Positions 24,466 through 34,248 of a stretch of 34,248 nt of DNA are shown here, in pieces. Numbering within the stretch: the stretch's first letter is position 1; every line of letters starts with the position of its first letter. A program made the translations under genes and the position numbers. The stretch is from Conidiobolus incongruus B7586 (lineage: Eukaryota). The stretch is taken from positions 1 to 34,248 of the forward strand of contig JNEM01010412.1 of the NCBI GenBank assembly GCA_000697335.1, in the 5' to 3' direction. The notes beneath the pieces are model-generated. The model ran no database searches, had not been told where the DNA came from, and was given only the letters and a program-made list of their open reading frames with translations.

Positions 24466-25792
24466 TTCATACTCAGAATTGAAAATAGATTATTTTTGCG
24501 TCATAATCTAGTAAAACAGTAAATGATTATATGAACTGAATTCACAACAACCTAATCAAAAATAATTTGATATATAGTCATATCATTATGGTGTTATATT
24601 AAATCTTCAATATCTATCTCTTGAATATTTATTATTTATTATTTATTATATATCGGTTAAAAATCTATAAAATCTATACGATTAACTTTTGATATTTGAT
24701 GATTTAATATATCATTTACACCTGATCCATATCTATAATCTCAATTCAGAACATTTAAATGAATATAATATAATATATAAATAAAAATTCAAGCGGAGTA
24801 TTAAATCCCAAAACTACCATATTAAGCTTAATATATAAAATTACATTTTAACTCAATAATTTGATTTTATTATATTCACACTATTACTTAAATATGAACA
24901 ATTATATTTACATTATAAAAATAAAAATAGAAATGGTTTAAATCAAAATTTTTATTTTATATCAACTATTCGATTTTATTTGTTTATTGATTTGAATAGA
25001 TTAATAATAATAGTAGTAATAGTATTAATAATACTGCTCTTTTTATATTTCAAATATTTCCATTATATTCAATTAATTAAAATATAATGTATTTTAATAT
25101 TGAACTATATTTTGAAATTATAATATATATATAATTTCCAAAAGAAATGGAATTTAATACAGATAATTCATTGATTTTATCCAAATATGGTATCCAAATA
25201 ATTCAAAAGAATAAAATGCTTTTAGCAAAGTTACAGGTAATAGTTATTAATTATTTACCACTTGATATATAATAAAATATGTAGTATATATAATTAATTG
25301 GAAATAATATGACCAATTATAAAATTATCTAAATTTCATATAATTTAAAAAATTCTCAAAAAATCAAGTATTTATCAAAATAATTAATTTTATTTATTAA
25401 TTTAATATTATATTCTTTTCAATTTTTTATGTATATATCATTCCAATAATCTAAATTAGAATAATGGATAAAATTATGATAATTAGTATTAATATTTAAA
25501 ATTAAAACAGATTAGGGGAGTGAATTTATAACCTGATTAAATAATATACTTAACTATTCAAATTATTCCTTAATAAACGAAATTTTAATATGATTATTAA
25601 TTAAATAATAAAGATCATTATAAATTTTTGTAGCAATCAATCAATAATTGAAAACTATTCAATATTATTTAGTTATAGTATTTAAGATATTAAAAAAAAC
25701 TACTTGAATTTTATTAATTTAACTGTATTATGTATATAACATTAAGCATTAAAACTATTTTGGTTTTATAATATAAATTATTAATAATATAA

Positions 25793-26247
25793 ATGTTAGT
25801 TCCTTAAAAATCCTCAAGTTCACAGACCATATTGGATTGAATTCAGTTTCATAATTCCCATATTACTTACCAAAGGTAATAATAATCCAATAGTAATATT
25901 AAATGGTGATAATTTAATCATTTTCAAGAGGAAGATTGATATCAATAACAAAGACTCGAAAAATCCAATTGAATGGAGTTTCACTTTGCGAACATTATGT
26001 ATCCATGACCAATCCCATATTATTGAAGTTTTGAAAATATTGATTCAGCTTGGAAGCGAGTTGGTGTGTATTCATAACTGATGCTAGTAGACAACAAGAG
26101 TGAAAAATGTGCTGTAGAATTCAGAAGCATTTCTTAATGAGCGATGTTGATAATGTAGTTATTTTTGAAGATTCACTTACATATATCAATCAGTTAGTCG
26201 TGTTTCCTGGTTGTTATTGTGTTAGATCTATGCGGAATGACCAGTGA
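25793..26247 (+). pseudogene. Array pseudogene (subfamily D)
   Basis: NPQVHRPYWIEFSF..LLT..NNPI...FKRKIDINNKD..IEWSFTLRT, ENIDSAWKRVG, CAVEFR, INQLVVFPGCYCVRSMRND align to the 23474/28819 proteins; 5' deletion, frameshifts and stops. Confidence 0.9.
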
Positions 26248-27410
26248 TCCTTTTAATCTTTCTTAGAATTATTAATAAATGTAATATATTATTTAATCAA
26301 AAATTTAATAATTTGATTTATAATAAATTCAACTAAAATATTTGTATATTATTAATCAACTTAGTCATAATATTTAGAAAATAATTTCATAAACTAGAAA
26401 TTGCATATTAAGTGATAGCTAACTTTTTTCAAATGGTTTACAATTATTATCAAATATATGAAATGCTTTTTAGATGATACCTATAAAATACTCTACCATC
26501 AAAATATTCAATTTAATATTATCGATTTAACTAATTAAGATATTCGTAGATATTAAAATCAATTAATTTCAATAGAATCTAATAATTATATAATAATTTT
26601 AAAAACAATTTTAAAAATATATATTTAAAGTATTTTTAGTTGAAGCAATTAATTCATTTTTTTCAAAATCTCAAATATTACTATTCCTATTCTTTAATAT
26701 ATTTAGAACTAAGACTTATCGTACATCGACAAGAATTGAGACATAAAATATTTCAATGTCATAAAAATATATTTTATAAATTAAAATTATTCATAATGAT
26801 ATATATGGCTTATCTAATCTCAATTATTATAGCTTCATGATGTCAAAAACACTCAAATATGTAGTGGTTTATTAAATCATTATCCCTTTTTAATATTATA
26901 TACTTGATTATTATCTTAATACTAAACATCATCTATAGTTTGAAATAGTAAATTTAAAAAAGCCTTATATTACAAAAATTTTTAAATTAATTCATTTCTT
27001 TTTAGTGTCAAAATAAATAATCTATATTAGGAAAAATTAAATGATTATATGAATACTGAATATGTTATAATATATTTGAACCTTTTATTATATACTCTTT
27101 AATTATGGGTTATTAGGATTCAAATTATGAAAAATTTGGATATTTTTCAAAAAGTAATTCTGAAATAAATATATATTCAAATACTATAAAAACTTGCTAA
27201 ATATATTATCAGTAAATAAATGAGGAATATAATATTCAATACTTTATAAGATGAAAATTTTATATGCTATAAATTTGAATTAATTAATTTAAAAAATATG
27301 AATAAATTTCAATAATAACAATATAATGTCAATTATAAATATAATGTTCATTTTCTTTTTCAAAATATGATAAATTTAAAAAAAATATAAAATGATTACC
27401 ATAGTTATTA

Positions 27411-27919
27411 TTACATAGATCCTACTTTATTTTATATATATTTAATTGAACAGTTACTTAAAGGTAAAATTAACAAATTTTATATCTAAAAAAATCTAGA
27501 AATACATAAAGATTTTCAAAGTGAATCAATGAAAATTGCTTTTAATTTCTGCAATATAATTGCCAGTTTGATTATATTGTAATATTGGTTACTGATTCAT
27601 GATAGTTTGCTTCCAAATCCAGTCGATCTTTGAAAAGGTTCTGCAATCAGTTCATTCAGAAATCCAGAATGATTTCAGACTCAACCCCCACAAAGTACGA
27701 ATGAAACTGTTTATGGTGATAGGATTGATTTTTCTCTTGAATGTAAAGAGTTTGTCTCCATTGATTCTATTTAACAAATAATAATCGTTGTTCATTAATA
27801 ATATTCAAGATAAAATTAATTCAATATAAGTTATTTTAATGAGAGCTTTTAATCTTCCATTCAGATTTTAATAACTGAAGGATTGTGATATCAGATTGAT
27901 TATAATCTTCACCTAACAT
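27411..27919 (-). pseudogene. Array pseudogene (subfamily D)
   Basis: Minus-strand MLGEDYNQSDITILQLLKSEWKIKS, GDKLFTFKRKI, SKIDWIWKQ, TGNYIAEIK, with stops and frameshifts. Confidence 0.9.
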
Positions 27920-28818
27920 AGCTATATAATCAACATTTAATTTTTATATCACAAATTATATTTTCAGAATAATTAATTTGATATATTTTAAACTTTTATT
28001 TAACTATTTTAAATTGGAATTCTATAGATTAATGGATTTCTTCATTGATATTATAATTAGTAAAAATATTTTAAATATATCAGAATTCAATATCAATTAT
28101 TTAAGAAACAATATAATATTTATGGAGTGAATTTGTTCAGAAGATATTTATAAATATATATGTTATAGATTATATATAAAATTTCTATGATATTTAAAAC
28201 ATACATATATTGAAATTACAAATCTTTAAATTGATTTTATATACAACCTATAATGATATATATTAAAAGCCAGTATAAGAATATGAAATATCTTTTTCAA
28301 TCTATATATTTAAAATGGTATTGAATCTCGGTATATTTAAATATAGTAATTTATCAATACTCAACCAGTTATTAATTAGCATCAGTTAAAATCTCATTAT
28401 TTTTTTATTCTGATTTTTGATTGATTTACACTTTTTTTAACCCAAATAGGACTCAATATATTAAATTACAAGATCAACTTTATATTGATCCAAGAAATTT
28501 CATAAAATTGCTACTAAATTATAGATATCGAAATTCTTAGATGTTTTAATGAAATTTTTTAAAATAACTATGTTATAATATCTTATCCTCATTAAAATAT
28601 CTAATAGATATTTTAAGATCAATAAAAATTGAACATTTGATAAGTTTCATAGGTTAATTTAATATAAAATCAATTAATTTTTAACCTCGCAGTTCAAAGA
28701 TACCATATTTTATAGCAATGTAAAATTGATTTTCTCAGTCGGTTGAATAATTTATCAGTTAAAATGATATTATAAATTATAACGATTATCAACAATGTAT
28801 TAACATTAATTTATAAAC

Positions 28819-29199
28819 ATGGTTCAAAAAATTCATAAATTTGAAATCACTATTCCCATACTCCTAAAAGCTGAATGGAGTTTCGCACTCCAAATTTTTC
28901 GTATTCGAGGTGAATCTAATATTGAGGGCAAGAAAAAAATTGACTGGGTTTGGAAGCGCGGTGGTAAGAATACTAAACTTATACTTGATGATAATATCAA
29001 TGTAGAATGTATCGCAATGTTTAAGAGAAAACATTTTACTTTATCTAAGGTTGGAGATATTTTAATTTATCCCAATTTACCACCAAGTATTAGTTGGCTA
29101 ATAGTATTATCCTCCTGTTATACTGTCAGGCATATGCATAATGAAGAAAGGTCTATACAATATTCGAGTCCTTTTATAAATTCAATTTTATTGGGATAA
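28819..29199 (+). CDS. Array paralogue (subfamily D) with an in-frame ~59-codon internal deletion, 126 aa; possibly a young pseudogene
   Basis: N-terminal ..ITIPILLKAEW is joined directly to SFALQIFRIRGESNIEG..IDWVWKRG. Residues ~21-79 of the 23474 protein are absent. No internal stops. Confidence 0.75.
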   Translation: MVQKIHKFEITIPILLKAEWSFALQIFRIRGESNIEGKKKIDWVWKRGGKNTKLILDDNINVECIAMFKRKHFTLSKVGDILIYPNLPPSISWLIVLSSCYTVRHMHNEERSIQYSSPFINSILLG

Positions 29200-29699
29200 C
29201 TCTTTCTGATCGTATTAAAAAAATTAAATAAAAAATATCTATATCCTTGACAATAAGTGCTAGTTATTCTATTATGTTATACTTGCCAAATTCGTGTAGA
29301 GAATTTCTATACAAAGGAATTGAATGAAATTTTATTAATTCACTAACGAAGTTATATTATATTAACACAATATATTTCAACCCTCTTATTAAATCCTTCT
29401 TGATTATATAGAAAAATCAAAAAAATGAAGAATTTTCTATCTAAAAATATATCAATTTTTTATCTTTTATATATTATTATTCTTCATTTTTGATTTTGAG
29501 ACTTGCATTGACTTTATCAGTTTTTTTTGAATAAGTTAGTATAATATAAATTAATTTTGAAAATTTTAAAAATTTTAATTATCATATTTTAATTATTCCT
29601 TAATGTCAAAATCACTATTTTGGATGTTTTTGATTAAATAAATTATTTTTAATTTATATTCAGTTAGGTTTATTATCTCATTCAAATAACACAAAAATT

Positions 29700-31020
29700 A
29701 ATATTATTTATAAAAAATTAACTAGAAATCAAAAAATTATATCTAATGTTTTAAAAAATAACTCCTTTTATTTAAATCAAATATTATTTTTTCAGAATTA
29801 TAATTATTTGACCATTACTTTAGTACTATTTAAAAATGATAATAAATAATCAGATAATTCATTATCTTTACTATATTTATAACTTCCTAAGAGAATTTTA
29901 ATATAAAATAAAATAAATGAAATATATAGAATTTCAAATTTTACCTGAGCTAAATAAAACATATTTATTAAATATAATATTACACAAAACATTTTATATC
30001 AACTATTCACAAAGATCTCAATAAAATAATTGAAGGTAAAAGGTTTTGAAATTGTAATATTACCAATTAGTTTAATCAACTCAAAACTGGAGAATCTGAC
30101 ATAAAAAACTTAACTTATCTAGGCTATCTTAAATCTATAATTAATTAAGAATATATTTTATAAATTAAGAAAAATTCCAAATATCGCATTAATGCTTTGA
30201 ATAAACTAATAGAACTTTAATATCTTAATATTAACTGTATTATTATTTTACTATAAGATATTTTAAAACTAGTTAAAATTTTAAAAATATAAATACTTTA
30301 TATTCAAAATTAAATATAAAATAAATTAAAGGAAATATATAACCGATATAAATAAATATTATTATAACTTTTATCTTATTATGCTTAAAAACTATTATAT
30401 TAGATAAATGATAAATTCCAGTATATAATCTATAAGCAAAAAATAAGATTGCTTAGGTTGAAAAAAAACCACTATCACAAATACCAAAGTAAAACTATTT
30501 AACAAAAACTAATGATGTTATTTGATATTGGTATAAATGATATAACATTTCACGAGTTATTACAATCAAAAATAATCCATGATAATAAAATAAATATTAG
30601 ATTTTTTAAAATAAATGGTATTAAATAATATAAGAATTAAATTAAAAACTTATTTTTTAAAAGATAATTCCCAATGTATTAAATTAAAATTATCAAACCA
30701 TTAATTAAAGAAAGGAACTGGATTTTATTGCACTATCATGTATATTCATCAAATATGAATCCTTTTGATTATGATTATTTGAGAAAGTTAAAATATTTGA
30801 TTTGTGGAAAGAAAATAGACAATCTTTCAACTTCGTGGTTTAAATCAAAGGGGTGATTTTAAAAATGAATTTTAACAAAGTGATTAAAGAATAACCATTA
30901 ATATCGAAATATATCTTTAGAAAAGAAAAATCTAATAATATAATATTATTGGTTCTTTTCTACAGCCTTTTACATTTATTAAAATTCAAATTTGACGAAC
31001 TAAATTTTTGAACTATTATA
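29700..31020 (+). mobile_element. Decayed mariner-type transposon, copy 3
   Basis: Relic motifs in the expected order: TN*FNQLKTGESDIKN (cf. WFxRFKxG..D) near 30060; KI*ILY (cf. WVPH); IILDK* (cf. TGDEKW); FHELL; FLKDNS (cf. LHDNA); NWILLHYHVYSSNMNPFDYDYLRKLK..GKK near 30716-30813. Boundaries approximate. Confidence 0.72.
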
Positions 31021-31164
31021 CATTAATATATAATAGAGCAAATTTATATCAAAAATATCAAACATTAAGTAATAAAAACTAGGAGATATATATACACACT
31101 CTTTAATCCACATCAAATTAAAATTTAATTTTTAGTTAATTTTTACCTCAATTAACTATCCTAT

Positions 31165-31498
31165 TGCAAGGCTTCTGAGAAGTAGTCTTGCTATGAAGAT
31201 CACGTGAATTCAGTGAAACGGGCCAAAGACGACTAACGAGATACTTTAGAGGAGTTTTATTAAAATATCAAGATGTAGGGCTTGGCCCTGATCGAAATGG
31301 TCGTCTAGCAAATGTCTGTCCAGTGACTATTTTATAGTGTGGTTGATCCTTTGCCAATGCGTTGAAACTCTGACTTCTGTTATAGTCTGGAATTTTCCAT
31401 TGTGCAAGTATTGTTCCTGATATTTGTATCTGGATTATATCCGGAACCTTGACGGACGATTAAAGATGAAAGGCGAGCGGACCTCCCGATCCGCGACA
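31165..31498 (-). mobile_element. Solo LTR (334 bp), CpG-rich
   Basis: TG (31165) to CA (31497-31498) with 4-bp TSD CTAT (31161-31164 and 31499-31502). Minus strand has TATAAAA (31330-31336) then AATAAA (31256-31261). Confidence 0.8.
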
Positions 31499-31689
31499 CT
31501 ATTAATGTCGTATTCACATTTAATAAAATGGTTATTACAGTTTGGATTCTTATTTAACGAATAATTAATTCAATACTAACTTGTTAGTAAAAATCCACTC
31601 ATAATTTTGATAAAAACAAATATATGATGCGAAAATTGGTGAATATATAAATATTTAATTTCTAGAAAAAAGAAATAAATATTTTTATT

Positions 31690-33438
31690 ATGAAGTTCAA
31701 ATACATCATTTTTTTAACTTTTATCAAATTGTTTTTTTGCCAAAATGATATCTTGATGCCTTTGACACCAATTCCAAGTTCAACTATCATAAAAAATAAT
31801 ATAATAATTTATATTCCAAATAAATTGGGTAACAAGTCAGTATTATTATCATATCCTCTAATAAGTGGCTCGTTAGTAACATTAAGTTGGAGTAAAGGCT
31901 CAATCATTCCGGGTTATTATGAACGGAATGTAAATTTAGATTATAAGTTTCTCAATCTTCCAGGGCCAACTAAATCAAATGATTACACTTTTGTGCTTGG
32001 ATCACATCGATATGAACATTTGGACAGATCCAATAATACTATAAATTCGAGATTTTTACAAATAACTTTAGCAAGTTCAAACTTTTACTCAGGGGCCCCT
32101 GAAATGCCTGAAACTTCAATGGATAATTTTCCAGATATTGAATTTAGCACAACACTAGTCAGTATAGTCAAAGAATTTGATTATATGTTTAATTCAAGTC
32201 TGTATATATTCGGAGGTGCTAAATATATTCAGAAAGAGAAATCGACCAGAATAATTAGATGTTTCCATTTATATGACCCTGTATTGAAACAATGGCAAGA
32301 TTTATCATATTCATTACCACCTGATTTCAAACCATTTGCTGGACATCAAACGATTAACATCGCTAATAGTAAATTAGTTGTACTTGGAGGATACAGAACA
32401 GCCAGATATACAAATCAACCAACTTTTTCAGCAGTCAATCCAGAATTCGTCAGTTTGAAACAGTTGTTAATATTTGATATTCATCAGAAAAAATGGGAAT
32501 ACAAATTTACTCAAATAAATGAGCAAGATAAACAATTTGTAGAGCCTACAAGTCCATATTCCTTTTCTGCCGTCCATTATAATAATAAATTGTACATGTA
32601 TTGCTCCAATATCGCGAAACATAATGCATCTTTATTGGAATTCTCTCTTGGGATATTGAATCTAGATAACTGGAGCTGGAGATGGAAGAAACTTAAACAA
32701 AATAATTCCTCTTATTACTTTAATACCCCCTATCATGATTCATTACTGATGGAAAAATTTATGTTTATTAATCATGTTAAGAAAGATGATGAGACTCGAA
32801 TGGAATTATTGGCGATTGACTTGGATTCTGAAGAGGTTATTGACTCTATTAATTACCCAAAATCTATTTATTCTCAACCAAACCAATATGAAGGCCAAAA
32901 TCTTGATAATCTACCCTCAACTATTACTATTACTCCTGTAGAAATTACTATTACTCCTGTAGCAATTACTATCATTGTAGTAATTTCTTTCGTACTAATA
33001 TTAACAATTATTGGAGGCTGTAGATATTACAAAAGAAGAAAATATAATTCAAAACCAAATATTGAATTCCAGTTTCATAATATTTGGTCAGATATTAATT
33101 CACCATATAATACTCAATTAAACGATGTAAAAGGCAAACATCCCAAAGCTAACCAATCGCACCAATTGAAGATGGTTGATACAGTATTATTAGTGAATTC
33201 TAATTTTCAGTTTGGAATTGATCAAATTTTTCAAACTGAAGTACTTCCAAGGCCTCAAATCTATTCTGATCATAACGACAATTATTTAAGAAAAAACAAT
33301 ATTGAGTCTAGAACTACTGTGTCAGAAATGAAGAACTTGAATTTAGGTGAATTCAGCCAATTCAATACTAATTCTTCTCAAGATAATACTATATTATATA
33401 ATACTTCAATTACAATAAAAAATAGGAGCAGTTTTTGA
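31690..33438 (+). CDS. Type I membrane protein with an extracellular Kelch/galactose-oxidase-like beta-propeller region, 582 aa
   Basis: Hydrophobic N-terminal signal peptide; Kelch-like motifs LYIFGG...YDP...W, GHQTI...LVVLGG...FD...WEY, SAVHYNNKLYMY; TM segment ITIIVVISFVLILTIIGGC followed by RYYKRRK; low-complexity cytoplasmic tail. Confidence 0.88.
   Translation: MKFKYIIFLTFIKLFFCQNDILMPLTPIPSSTIIKNNIIIYIPNKLGNKSVLLSYPLISGSLVTLSWSKGSIIPGYYERNVNLDYKFLNLPGPTKSNDYTFVLGSHRYEHLDRSNNTINSRFLQITLASSNFYSGAPEMPETSMDNFPDIEFSTTLVSIVKEFDYMFNSSLYIFGGAKYIQKEKSTRIIRCFHLYDPVLKQWQDLSYSLPPDFKPFAGHQTINIANSKLVVLGGYRTARYTNQPTFSAVNPEFVSLKQLLIFDIHQKKWEYKFTQINEQDKQFVEPTSPYSFSAVHYNNKLYMYCSNIAKHNASLLEFSLGILNLDNWSWRWKKLKQNNSSYYFNTPYHDSLLMEKFMFINHVKKDDETRMELLAIDLDSEEVIDSINYPKSIYSQPNQYEGQNLDNLPSTITITPVEITITPVAITIIVVISFVLILTIIGGCRYYKRRKYNSKPNIEFQFHNIWSDINSPYNTQLNDVKGKHPKANQSHQLKMVDTVLLVNSNFQFGIDQIFQTEVLPRPQIYSDHNDNYLRKNNIESRTTVSEMKNLNLGEFSQFNTNSSQDNTILYNTSITIKNRSSF
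32923..32972 (+). repeat. In-frame 21-bp tandem duplication (ITITPV[E/A] x2 plus a partial copy)
   Basis: ATTACTATTACTCCTGTAGAA / ATTACTATTACTCCTGTAGCA / ATTACTAT. Confidence 0.9.
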
Positions 33439-34000
33439 TATTTAACATTTCCATTTGATAAATGAAATAATTCATATATGATATACAAATTTGTTTCATA
33501 ATACATGCAAAAATTGAAAAAACTCCCAAAGCTGTATAAATAATAATTATATAAATTTAATATAAGGATAAGTATTTTATATTTTAAATTAGTTTCATAT
33601 CAATATTTACTCAAAATACGTATTTAATCATTTACTTAGTCTATCCAGTAAATTCAGCCCCACTTGAAAAATTCAAAAAATTCAAAACAAAATCCAATTA
33701 AATTTTGAATTTAAATACCAAAAGTATTAAATAATAAACAATGATATATTAACCAATCCTTTATCAATATAAATTATAAATAAGAATAATACATTTTTTG
33801 ACCACTATATCATAATCCAAATAAAATATTTAATTTTATAAGGTTTTATATATCAATTTAATATAAATTATTTTTATTAAAAAATAGATATTTTTTCATA
33901 AACTAAGTGAATCAATAATATTTAATAATCTATTATAATATTAAATATAAAATAATATAATAAATCAAAAGAATAAAAATAATATTTAAACTTTATATTA

Positions 34001-34248
34001 TACTAACGCATAAAATAAGTTATAAAATAAAAATCACTTATATATTTACCTTGAATATAAATAATTCTTAACTCAATTAATTTAAATTAAGGAAAATAAA
34101 TAAGGTATATTATACGATTATAATAGGTTATATTTAATTATATTTAATTTATTATTTCTTAATCTATTAAATCTTATGTATTAAACAAGGTGAGTTATAA
34201 ATTTATTGGTTTATGAATTGATAGGGTATATAAAATAAAAAATATTTA
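34001..34248 (+). mobile_element. Terminal inverted repeat of a second Tc1 element of the same or a related family, running off the window
   Basis: TA-TACTAACGCATAAAATAAGTTATAAAAT followed about 185 bp later by CAAGGTGAGTTATAAATTTATTGG, reproducing the outer and inner blocks of the 16172/17744 TIRs. Confidence 0.85.

Noticed and set aside
6996..27781. Short ORFs antisense to array genes or pseudogenes (6996, 9005, 11587, 11648, 13564, 21080, 27599)
   Set aside because: They are shadow frames of the real coding or pseudogene strand.
10763..29992. Low-complexity F/I/Y/K-rich ORFs (10763, 12243, 24260, 26640, 29804)
   Set aside because: Composition is what AT-rich non-coding DNA produces and no motifs are present; 29804 lies antisense within a mariner relic.
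1..34248. CRISPR array or prokaryotic operon/defence system
   Set aside because: No regularly spaced short repeats; low gene density, LTRs and Tc1/mariner relics indicate a eukaryotic nuclear locus.

Overview
Very AT-rich, CpG-poor eukaryotic DNA with intronless genes. An early-diverging fungus is my inference; the organism cannot be fixed from the window. About 26 kb (3074-29199) is a mixed-orientation array of at least 13 paralogues of one ~170-185 aa protein family, which resembles Tubby C-terminal/LURP-one-like or DUF6593-like proteins. Six copies are intact, one has a clean in-frame internal deletion, and six are pseudogenes missed by the ORF track. A signal-peptide/Kelch-repeat/single-TM gene follows the array. 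The spacers hold transposon relics: five or six solo LTRs (two form an inverted pair around one paralogue), three decayed mariner elements, a complete IR/DR-type Tc1 (DD34E) element nested in one mariner, a second Tc1 end at the window edge, and a tRNA-Arg(ACG) pseudogene. The Tc1 transposase has no net frameshift but is riddled with C>T/G>A transitions, many in CpA/TpG context, a RIP-like signature. All translations and alignments were done by eye.
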